Below are positions 28,093 through 35,773 of a stretch of 46,898 bases of DNA, in pieces. The position numbers and the translations under genes were made by a program. The stretch comes from Candidatus Geohabitans tengchongensis (GTDB taxonomy: Bacteria; Sysuimicrobiota; Sysuimicrobiia; Sysuimicrobiales; Humicultoraceae), in contig JAVKIH010000001.1 in assembly GCA_031459625.1 (NCBI GenBank), positions 195,175 to 242,072 of the forward strand. The letters are read 5' to 3'. The notes under the pieces are model-generated. The model was not told the origin of the DNA and searched no databases. It saw nothing but the letters and a program-made list of their open reading frames with translations. Each line of letters begins with the position of its first letter. The first letter of the stretch is position 1.

Positions 28093-29384
28093 GCTCCCGC
28101 GGCCGCCGCGGCCCGCTGGGCGTCGAACGCCCCGGCGAAAGCGCGGGCGGCCTCTCCCTCCTTTCCTTCCTCGAGGTAGGCGAATCCCAGGTCGCGGAGC
28201 GCCTCGCTGAGCTCGCGCGACATGCCGAGCCGGCGGAACGCCTCCGCCGCCGCGTGGAAGTGGCCACGGGCGGCGGCGGCGTCGCCGCGCAGGCGCGCCA
28301 CCGCACCCAGCGCCGCCCGCGCCCGCGCCGCCTCGGCCGGGTCGCCCACCCGTTCGGCCAGGCGGAGCGCCTCGCGGGCGTGCCCGTCCGCTTCGTCGGT
28401 CCGTCCGAGAGCCGCCGCGGCCCGCGCCAGCTCGGTGAGCGTCTGGGCGCGTCCGGCGTCGTCGGCCGCCTGCTCGGCGATGAGGAGGCTCTGACGGAGA
28501 AGCGGCTCGGCCTCGGCGGGGGCGCCGCGGTCGAGGTGGACGATGGCCAGGCTGCGGCGGGCGATCCCCAGCAGCTGGAGGTTCTCCTGGAGCTGGAAGC
28601 ACTCCGCCGCCCGGGTGAGGTGGCGGGTCGCTTCCGTCCAGGCGCGGTGCTGCAGGCACACCATGCCCGTGTGGTAGTGGAGGAGCCCGAGGGTCTCCGG
28701 GTCGGCGGCCGCCCGCAGGGCGGCCTCGGCCGCCCGGAAGCACTCCTCGGCCTGGAGCGGCAGGCCCAGGTTGAGGTAGACGCGGCCGAGGTTCCCCCAG
28801 ACCCGCCCGGTGAGGGCCCGGTCCTCGGAGGGGGCCGACCGCAGGTGGTCGAGGGCGCGCTGCAGGGCGCGTCGCGCCGCAGGGAAGTCCCGTCGGCGCA
28901 GCTCCATGATGCCCCGGGCGTTGGCCGCCTGGGCGGCCAGCAGCGCGTCGCCCAGGGCCGCCGCCCCCTCTTCGGCGGCGGCGACGTGGGGCTCGGCCAG
29001 GTCGAAGTGGTGCAGGCCCGTGAGGGCCTGGGCCAGGCCCAGGTGGGCGCGGGTCTGCAACCGGAGGTCGGCCAGGCGGTCTGCCCCCCGGAGGGCGGCC
29101 TGGTACTCCTCCACCGCCCGGGTGAACTCGTGGCGCACCAGCAGTGCGTCGCCGTGAGAGAGGTGGGCTTCGAGGAGGAGGGGGTGCTCCTCCTCATCGG
29201 CCAGCAGGGCACTGAGCGGTTCCTGGAGGCGCTCCGCCAGGCGGCGTAGCGTGGCCAGGGAGGGCCGGACCCGATCGTGCTCCACCATGCTGATGAAGCT
29301 CTCCGAGAGGTCCTCTCCGGCCAGCGCCCGCTGGGTCAGGCCGCGGGCTTTGCGAAGCGCACGCAGTCGGGCCCCGAGCGTCAC
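28089..29384 (-). CDS. XRE-HTH plus tetratricopeptide-repeat regulator (RRNPP-like architecture)
   Basis: LGARLRALRKARGLTQRALAGEDLSESFISMVEHDRVRPSLATL followed by many TPR-like helical repeats (e.g. GRVWGNLGRVYLNLG, AQTLTELARA). Confidence 0.88.
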   Translation of the reverse strand: MTLGARLRALRKARGLTQRALAGEDLSESFISMVEHDRVRPSLATLRRLAERLQEPLSALLADEEEHPLLLEAHLSHGDALLVRHEFTRAVEEYQAALRGADRLADLRLQTRAHLGLAQALTGLHHFDLAEPHVAAAEEGAAALGDALLAAQAANARGIMELRRRDFPAARRALQRALDHLRSAPSEDRALTGRVWGNLGRVYLNLGLPLQAEECFRAAEAALRAAADPETLGLLHYHTGMVCLQHRAWTEATRHLTRAAECFQLQENLQLLGIARRSLAIVHLDRGAPAEAEPLLRQSLLIAEQAADDAGRAQTLTELARAAAALGRTDEADGHAREALRLAERVGDPAEAARARAALGAVARLRGDAAAARGHFHAAAEAFRRLGMSRELSEALRDLGFAYLEEGKEGEAARAFAGAFDAQRAAAAAGA

Positions 29385-29533
29385 ACCGGCTCACCCCCCG
29401 TGACGGCCAGGACGGTCCCCGACCCAGAGGTCGGGATGGCCGGCCGGGCGGTCACCGCGTCGAGCCGGTCAGGGTGCCTCTGCTGCCCCGCTTCTCGGGG
29501 CCCCGGGTTGAGGAGGGGGAGGGCCCCCGGCCC

Positions 29534-29665
29534 CTACTTCCCGGATCCTCCAAAGAAGTCGGCGTCCCCCGGGCCGGCGAAGGCCGCAGGCACGCCGAGG
29601 GCAGTGGGAATGGCCAGGGCCAGCTGGAGGGCCACGAACACTCCCAGGATGAACCTGCGCATCAT
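29534..29665 (-). CDS. Small secreted pro-peptide (43 aa), putative signalling peptide
   Basis: MMRRFILGVFVALQLALAIPTALGVPAAFA-GPGDADFFGGSGK*; strong SD GGGAGG; basic N-region, hydrophobic core, AFA signal peptidase motif. Shorter than any ORF in the track. Confidence 0.75.
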   Translation of the reverse strand: MMRRFILGVFVALQLALAIPTALGVPAAFAGPGDADFFGGSGK

Positions 29666-29850
29666 CCCTTCCTCCCTTCGTGCGCTGCCACTCTACCTAT
29701 CGACCAGACCCGGGGTTTTTAGACCCCCTCCCGGCGGAACCGGCGAAGGACGTTGGCAGGTGTGGAGGGTGCGGGACGGGCGACAGGCCTGCCGGCTCTA
29801 GGGTCGGGGTTCGACGTGGTGACTGAAGTTCCTTCCCCGGTCGGCGGAAA

Positions 29851-29869
29851 ACTTCACTAAAAGTGAAGT
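29851..29869. promoter_or_regulatory. Perfect 8-3-8 palindrome, candidate operator
   Basis: ACTTCACT-AAA-AGTGAAGT in an AT-rich divergent intergenic region. Confidence 0.6.
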
Positions 29870-29980
29870 CACCCGAAAGGGCATTGAACCAGGAGTCCAC
29901 CGGGTGATCGGGCACGGCGTCGAGAATGGATGGAGAAACCGCCGCGGGGAGCCACCCCGGCAGGGAGAGGGGGGAAGACG

Positions 29981-30271
29981 GTGCCGACCTACATCATGCT
30001 GAGCACCCTCACGGAGGGGGGAGCGGAGACCCTGCGCAGCCGGCCCGAGCGCGTGCGCGAGGTGAACCGGGAGATCGAGGGGATGGGGGTGCGGGTGCTG
30101 CAGCAGTACGCGGTGCTGGGGCCCTACGACTTCGTGAACGTCGTCGAGGCGCCGGACAACGACACGGTGGCGCGCGTCTCGGTGGAGCTGGCCGCGCGGG
30201 GCAGCGTGCGGATCATGACGCTGCCGGCCATCCCCATGGACGACTTCATCGCCCGGCTGCGCCGCAGCTAG
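29981..30271 (+). CDS. GYD domain protein
   Basis: PTYIMLSTLTEGG...YAVLGPYDFVNVVEAPD...RIMTLPA; GTG 29981 with a purine-rich SD. Confidence 0.85.
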   Translation: MPTYIMLSTLTEGGAETLRSRPERVREVNREIEGMGVRVLQQYAVLGPYDFVNVVEAPDNDTVARVSVELAARGSVRIMTLPAIPMDDFIARLRRS

Positions 30272-30409
30272 CTGCGGCCGCGCCTGCCGGCGCGCCCCGC
30301 GCGCCAGCGAGCGGGTGCGCCGCTCGTGCGGCGGGCGCGCCATCCAGCGTCACCTGCAGCAGGCGCCACCTCCTGGGCGCCCTGGGGCGCCGGGTATAAT
30401 GGAGGTGCC

Positions 30410-30622
30410 ATGGCGGACATCGGCAAGCTGCTGGTGGACCTGCAGCGGACGCAGGGTGCCGGCGGGTCCATCGCCCTGAGCGTGAGCCTGAAGGAGGCGA
30501 CCCCGCTCTTCGCCATCTTGCTCGTCCGGGGGAATCAGGTCGTCGACATCCTGGCGACCGGGCGCACGCCCGAGGATGCCTGCCGCGCCGCCGCCGGGGA
30601 CGTGGCGGCCGCGGTCCGCTAG
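30410..30622 (+). CDS. Small hypothetical protein (70 aa)
   Basis: GGAGGT before ATG 30410; GC3-biased codons; MADIGKLLVDLQ... Confidence 0.65.
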   Translation: MADIGKLLVDLQRTQGAGGSIALSVSLKEATPLFAILLVRGNQVVDILATGRTPEDACRAAAGDVAAAVR

Positions 30623-30627
30623 GCGCC

Positions 30628-30900
30628 GTGCCTCCCACGGTCGACGAGGCGCGGCGTCGCCTCCGCGCCACGCTCGCGGTTGCCGCCCCCGACCTGACCC
30701 TCGACGCCGCCGCGGTGCGCTGGATCCCCGGTCCCTACCCGGGGTTCGAGTACGGCCTCCGGCTGGGGCAGGCCAACGCCCTGCTCTTCCTCCCGCTGGA
30801 GGATCTTGACGGGGACGGGTGGGAGACGCGGCTGGCCGAGCGCCTGCGCCAGGCGCGCGCCTACCTCGAGGCGTTCCCGCTGGCCCGCGTCCGCCGCTGA
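30628..30900 (+). CDS. Hypothetical protein (90 aa)
   Basis: Fills the operon gap (5 and 3 nt spacings) with protein-like composition. Confidence 0.6.
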   Translation: MPPTVDEARRRLRATLAVAAPDLTLDAAAVRWIPGPYPGFEYGLRLGQANALLFLPLEDLDGDGWETRLAERLRQARAYLEAFPLARVRR

Positions 30901-30903
30901 GCC

Positions 30904-31554
30904 GTGGAGGTCGAGCAGCTCCCCGTCGGGCCCCTGCTCGCCAACTGCTACCTGGTGGCCGACCCGCACACCGCCCGCGCCCTGGTGGTCGACCCCGGCG
31001 ACGAGGCGGAGCGGATCCTGCACCGGATGCGCCGGCGCGGGTGGACCTGTGCGGCCATCGTCGCCACCCACGCGCACTTCGACCACGTGGGGGGCGTGCG
31101 CGACCTGCGAGCGGCTACCGACGCCCCCTTCCTCATCCTCGACGCCGAGCGCGAGACGCTCGCCACCGCCGCCGTGCGGGCCGAGCTCTTCGGCGTCCCC
31201 ATCTCGCCGCCGCCTCCGCCCGACCGGTGGCTGCGGGACGGCGACGTGGTGGCGGTGGACGGGCTGCGCTTCCAGGTCGTACACGCCCCCGGGCACAGCC
31301 CGGGCCACCTCCTCCTGGTCACCGATGGGGCGGCCTTCGTCGGCGACGTGGTCTTCGCCGGCAGCGTGGGCCGTACCGACCTGCCCGGCGGGGACACGCC
31401 CACCCTGCTCGACACCCTCGCCCGCACCATCCTGCCGCTCCCCGACGCCACGGTCCTCTACCCCGGCCACGGCCCGCCCACGACGGTCGGCCGCGAGCGC
31501 CGGGAGAACCCCTTCCTGCGCAGCCTGCGGCCGCAGCCGCCGGGCCCGCGCTGA
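30904..31554 (+). CDS. MBL-fold metallo-hydrolase (glyoxalase II-like)
   Basis: THAHFDHVGG, PGHSPG, GDVVFAGSVGRTD, PGHG, ENPFL. Confidence 0.92.
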   Translation: MEVEQLPVGPLLANCYLVADPHTARALVVDPGDEAERILHRMRRRGWTCAAIVATHAHFDHVGGVRDLRAATDAPFLILDAERETLATAAVRAELFGVPISPPPPPDRWLRDGDVVAVDGLRFQVVHAPGHSPGHLLLVTDGAAFVGDVVFAGSVGRTDLPGGDTPTLLDTLARTILPLPDATVLYPGHGPPTTVGRERRENPFLRSLRPQPPGPR

Positions 31555-31619
31555 GCGGGCCGCCGTCCGCCGTCCGCACCGCGGCGGTATAATGGAGCGG
31601 TCTCGCTCCCGACGTCCGC

Positions 31620-33479
31620 ATGCGGCACCGACGGCTCCGCGCCTACCTCCTGCGTCACCGCCGCGCCTACCTGCGCGGCTTCGCGCTGAGCGTGGCCAGC
31701 ATCGCCCTGGCCACGGCCAACCCCTGGGTGCTGCGCTACGCCGTCGACGGCATCCGCCAGGGGATCGGGGCGGGGCCGCTGGCGGCGCTGGCCGGCCTCT
31801 ACGTGCTGGTGGCGGCCGCCCGCGGGGTCATCACCTACTGCTGGCGCAGCAGTATCATCGGCGCCTCGCGCCGGATCGAGTACGAGCTGCGCAACGACTA
31901 CTTCCGCCACCTGCAGCGGCTCCACCTGGGCTACTTCCAGCACACCCGCATCGGCGACCTGATGGCGCGCGCGGTGAACGACCTGAACGCGGCCCACCGC
32001 ATGACCGGGATCGGGGTGATGCACGGCTTCAACACCGTCACCCACTTCCTCGTGGCCGGCGCCATGATGGTCCTGCTCGACTGGCGCCTGGCGCTGCTGG
32101 TGGGGCTCATCCTGCCGCTGGTGACCGTGACCTTCATCGCCCTGGGGCGGCAGATCCACCAGCGGTTCGAGCAGGTGCAGCAGCAGTTCGGCACCATCTC
32201 CGCCCGGGCACAGGAGAACTTCTCCGGCGTGCGGGTGGTGCGGGCCTTCGCCCAGGAGCCGTTCGAGATCGCCGCCTTCGCCGAGCTGAACCGCGCCTTC
32301 GTCCACCAGAACGTGCGGCTGGCCCGCGTCTCCGGGGCGCTGTGGCCGGCCATGACGCTCATCCTGGGGATCGCCACGGTGGGGGTGGTGTGGCAGGGCG
32401 GCCTGGCCGTCATCGCCGGGCGGATCACCCTGGGGACGCTGGTGCAGTTCCTGGCCTACCTGGGCCAGCTCTCCTGGCCGATGATCGCGCTCGGCTGGGT
32501 GATCAACATCGTCCAGCAGGGGAGCGCCTCGATGGGGCGGCTGGACGAGGTGCTGAGCGTCCGGCCGGCCATCGCCGACCCGCCCGACCCCGCCCCGGTG
32601 CGCACGCTGCGCGGGGAGGTGGAGTTCCGCGGTGTGAGCTTCGCCTACCCGGTCCCGCCCGAGGCCGGGACGGACGGCGCCGGGGGAGGGGGTTCGGGGC
32701 GGCTGGTGCTGCGCGACATCACGCTGCACATCCCCGCCGGTCGGACGGTGGCCATCGTCGGCCCCACCGGGAGCGGCAAGTCCACCCTGGTCAACCTCAT
32801 CCCCCGCCTCTTCGACCCCACGGCGGGGGAGGTGCGGGTGGACGGGATCGACGTGCGCCGGCTGCCGCTCGCCGTCCTGCGCCGGCACATCGGGATGGTC
32901 CCGCAGGAGCCGTTCCTCTTCTCCGACACCCTGGAGGAGAACCTGGCTTTCGGGCTGGACGTCGCGGCGCCCGACCAGGGTGGTGACGGCGCCGCCACCG
33001 ACGGGGCCTGGACCGCCGCCCCGGCGCGGCCGGCCGAGCCGGCCAACGGCCAGCGGGTGCTGCGCGCCGCCGAGGTGGCCCAGCTGGCCAAGGACGTACG
33101 CGACTTCCCGCAGGGGTACGCCACCCTGGTAGGCGAGCGCGGGGTGACCCTCTCCGGCGGGCAGAAGCAGCGGGCCACGCTGGCCCGGGCGATCGCCCGC
33201 GACCCGGCCATCCTGATCCTGGACGACGCGCTGAGCAGCGTGGACACCCAGACCGAGGAGGAGATCCTCCGGGAGCTGCGCGCGGTGATGGCCAGCCGCA
33301 CCTGCCTGATCATCTCCCACCGGGTCTCCACGGTGCGGCACGCCGACGAGATCGTCGTGCTGGACGAGGGGCGCATCGTCGAGCGCGGCACGCACGAGGC
33401 CCTGCTGGCGCGGGGCGGCGTCTACGCCGACCTCTACCGGCGGCAGCTCCTCAGCGAGGCGCTGGAGGCGGAGGGGTGA
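31620..33479 (+). CDS. ABC exporter fused permease/ATPase (MdlA-like)
   Basis: TM domain; GPTGSGKS, LSGGQKQR, ILILDDALS (degenerate Walker B). Confidence 0.92.
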   Translation: MRHRRLRAYLLRHRRAYLRGFALSVASIALATANPWVLRYAVDGIRQGIGAGPLAALAGLYVLVAAARGVITYCWRSSIIGASRRIEYELRNDYFRHLQRLHLGYFQHTRIGDLMARAVNDLNAAHRMTGIGVMHGFNTVTHFLVAGAMMVLLDWRLALLVGLILPLVTVTFIALGRQIHQRFEQVQQQFGTISARAQENFSGVRVVRAFAQEPFEIAAFAELNRAFVHQNVRLARVSGALWPAMTLILGIATVGVVWQGGLAVIAGRITLGTLVQFLAYLGQLSWPMIALGWVINIVQQGSASMGRLDEVLSVRPAIADPPDPAPVRTLRGEVEFRGVSFAYPVPPEAGTDGAGGGGSGRLVLRDITLHIPAGRTVAIVGPTGSGKSTLVNLIPRLFDPTAGEVRVDGIDVRRLPLAVLRRHIGMVPQEPFLFSDTLEENLAFGLDVAAPDQGGDGAATDGAWTAAPARPAEPANGQRVLRAAEVAQLAKDVRDFPQGYATLVGERGVTLSGGQKQRATLARAIARDPAILILDDALSSVDTQTEEEILRELRAVMASRTCLIISHRVSTVRHADEIVVLDEGRIVERGTHEALLARGGVYADLYRRQLLSEALEAEG

Positions 33480-33480
33480 G

Positions 33481-35316
33481 GTGAGCACCGCCTTCCACGA
33501 GGACGAGCTCCTCGGCCGCGCCTACGACAGCCGGCTCATGCGGCGGCTGCTGGCCTACCTGCGCCCCTACCGCGGGCTGGTGGCGCTCTCGGTGGTCCTC
33601 CTCCTGCTCCACTCCGCGGCCCTGCTGGCGGGCCCCGCCCTGCTGCGCGTGGCCATCGACCGGCACATCGCCCCCCGGCGCCCGGAGGGGCTGGAGTGGG
33701 TGGTGCTGGCCTACCTGGGGACGCTCGGGGCGGCCTTCGCCGTCCGCTACCTGCAGAACATCCTGATGCAGCTCGTCGGCCAGCGGGCCATGTACGACCT
33801 GCGCATGGCCATCTTCACCCACCTGCAGCGCCTGGCCGTGGGCTTCTATGTGCGCACCCCGGTGGGGCGCCTGCTCACCCGCATCACCAACGACGTGGAC
33901 GCGCTCAACGAGCTGATCACCCAGGGTGTGGTGGCCGTCTTCGGGGACCTGGTGACGGTAGTGGGCATCGTGGCGGTCATGCTGGTGATGGACTGGCGCC
34001 TGGCGCTGGTCACCTTCACCGTGCTCCCCCTCATCCTCTACGTCACCGCCGTCTTCCGGGCCCGCGCCCGTGACACCTACCGGGCCGTGCGCACCCGCCT
34101 GGCCCGCCTCAACGCCTACCTGAACGAGAACCTCATGGGGATGGCCATCGTCCAGCTCTTCAACCGGGAGGCGCGCGCCTTCGCCCGCTTCCAGGGTCTC
34201 AACCGGGACCTGCTGGCCGCGCACCTCCAGGGCCTGCGCTACGTCGCTCTCTTCCAGCCCGCCGTGGGCGTCATCCGGGCGCTGGCGGTGGCCCTGGTCC
34301 TCTGGGTGGGCGGGGCGGCGCTGGGGACGACGGTGACCATCGGGCTGCTCGTCGCCTTCATCCAGTACGCCGAGCGCTTCTTCGAGCCGATCGAGCACCT
34401 GGCCGAGCAGTACAACATCTTGCAGGCCGCCATGGCCTCCTCGGAGCGCATCTTCCGCCTCCTCGACGAGCCGGTGGAGGTGGCCGACCCGCCCGACCCG
34501 GTGCCACTCGAGCGGCTGCGCGGCGAGGTGGAGTTCCGCGGGGTCTGGTTCGCCTACCCGCCGCAGGAGGGCGCCCCGGACGGCGCCGCGGAGTGGGTGC
34601 TGCGCGACCTCTCCTTCCACATCCGCCCGGGGGAGAGCGTGGCCCTGGTGGGCCACACCGGCGCCGGCAAGTCCTCCATCATCAACCTGCTGATGCGCTT
34701 CTACGACCCGCAGCGCGGGACCGTGGTGGTGGACGGGGTGGACGTGCGCCGCTACGCGCAGCGCGACCTGCGCCGGCACATCGGGCTGGTCCTGCAGGAC
34801 GTCTTCCTCTTCTCCGGCACGGTGGCGGACAACATCCGGCTGGGCAACCGGGAGATCGACGACGCGGCGGTGCGCCGGGCGGCGGAGTTCGTGAACGCCC
34901 ACCGGTTCATCGAGCGGCTGCCCCGCGGCTACCAGACGGAAGTGAAGGAGCGGGGCGCCATCCTCTCCGTGGGCCAGAAGCAGCTCATCGCCTTCGCCCG
35001 GGCCATCGCGCACAACCCGGAGATCCTACTGGTGCTGGACGAGGCCACCAGCAGCGTGGACACCGAGACGGAAGAGCTGATCCAGGAGGCGCTGCGCCGG
35101 GTGATGCACGGGCGCACCTCCATCATCATCGCCCACCGCCTCTCGACGATCCAGCACGTCGACCGGATCCTGGTCTTGCACAAGGGGCGCCTGGTGGAGA
35201 CGGGGACGCACCGGGAGCTGCTGGCCCGCGGCGGCGTCTACAGCAAGCTGTACGAGCTGCAGTTCGCCGCGGTCGGGGCGGGGCGGCGGGGCGAGACGGG
35301 CACGGGCGCGGGATGA
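33481..35316 (+). CDS. ABC exporter fused permease/ATPase (MdlB-like partner)
   Basis: GHTGAGKS, LSVGQKQL, VLDEATS, AHRLST. Confidence 0.92.
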   Translation: MSTAFHEDELLGRAYDSRLMRRLLAYLRPYRGLVALSVVLLLLHSAALLAGPALLRVAIDRHIAPRRPEGLEWVVLAYLGTLGAAFAVRYLQNILMQLVGQRAMYDLRMAIFTHLQRLAVGFYVRTPVGRLLTRITNDVDALNELITQGVVAVFGDLVTVVGIVAVMLVMDWRLALVTFTVLPLILYVTAVFRARARDTYRAVRTRLARLNAYLNENLMGMAIVQLFNREARAFARFQGLNRDLLAAHLQGLRYVALFQPAVGVIRALAVALVLWVGGAALGTTVTIGLLVAFIQYAERFFEPIEHLAEQYNILQAAMASSERIFRLLDEPVEVADPPDPVPLERLRGEVEFRGVWFAYPPQEGAPDGAAEWVLRDLSFHIRPGESVALVGHTGAGKSSIINLLMRFYDPQRGTVVVDGVDVRRYAQRDLRRHIGLVLQDVFLFSGTVADNIRLGNREIDDAAVRRAAEFVNAHRFIERLPRGYQTEVKERGAILSVGQKQLIAFARAIAHNPEILLVLDEATSSVDTETEELIQEALRRVMHGRTSIIIAHRLSTIQHVDRILVLHKGRLVETGTHRELLARGGVYSKLYELQFAAVGAGRRGETGTGAG

Positions 35317-35663
35317 GCGCGCGGCCGGTGGAGGGGCTGCGGGCGCTGCAGGCCATCGTCCTGGAGGCGCTGGACGAGCGGCGGGGCCTCGTGGCCTTCT
35401 CGAAGATCGAGGCCCAGGAGATGGACCGGCTGGCCCGCGAGTACGAGCGGCGGGCCCTCGACCGGCTGCGCGAGGCGCTGGCCCGGATGCCCGAGGAGGC
35501 GGCCGCGCTGGCGGTGCGCCAGCGCCTGGCCCGGATGGAGGAGCAGCTGGCGGAGCTGGAGGGGCAGACGGGGATCGCCGAGACCTCGCGCCGGCTGCAG
35601 CGCGACGAGATCACCTGGCGGGCGTTCGAGGACGTGGCCGCATTGCTGGGGGTGGAGGCCTAG
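35313..35663 (+). CDS. Hypothetical helical protein (116 aa)
   Basis: ATGA overlap with the ABC gene; E/R/L/A-rich; typical codon bias. Confidence 0.7.
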   Translation: MSARPVEGLRALQAIVLEALDERRGLVAFSKIEAQEMDRLAREYERRALDRLREALARMPEEAAALAVRQRLARMEEQLAELEGQTGIAETSRRLQRDEITWRAFEDVAALLGVEA

Positions 35664-35773
35664 CCTGATCTCCCGGCCGCGGCCGGCGCCGGCGGGCGCC
35701 CCGGCATGGGCGGGCGCCCCGGCACGAGCGGACGCCGACACGGGCAGAGGCCCCAACAGGAGGAGGCGAGGCG

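Noticed and set aside
29697..29722. Sigma28-like promoter for the peptide gene (TAAA..GTCGATAG, minus strand)
   Set aside because: Spacer is 13 nt rather than about 15 and the match is imperfect.
31620..35316. ABC exporter as the dedicated exporter of the signalling peptide
   Set aside because: No C39 peptidase domain, separate operon, and the peptide has a Sec-type signal; the degenerate ATP site is normal for heterodimeric exporters.
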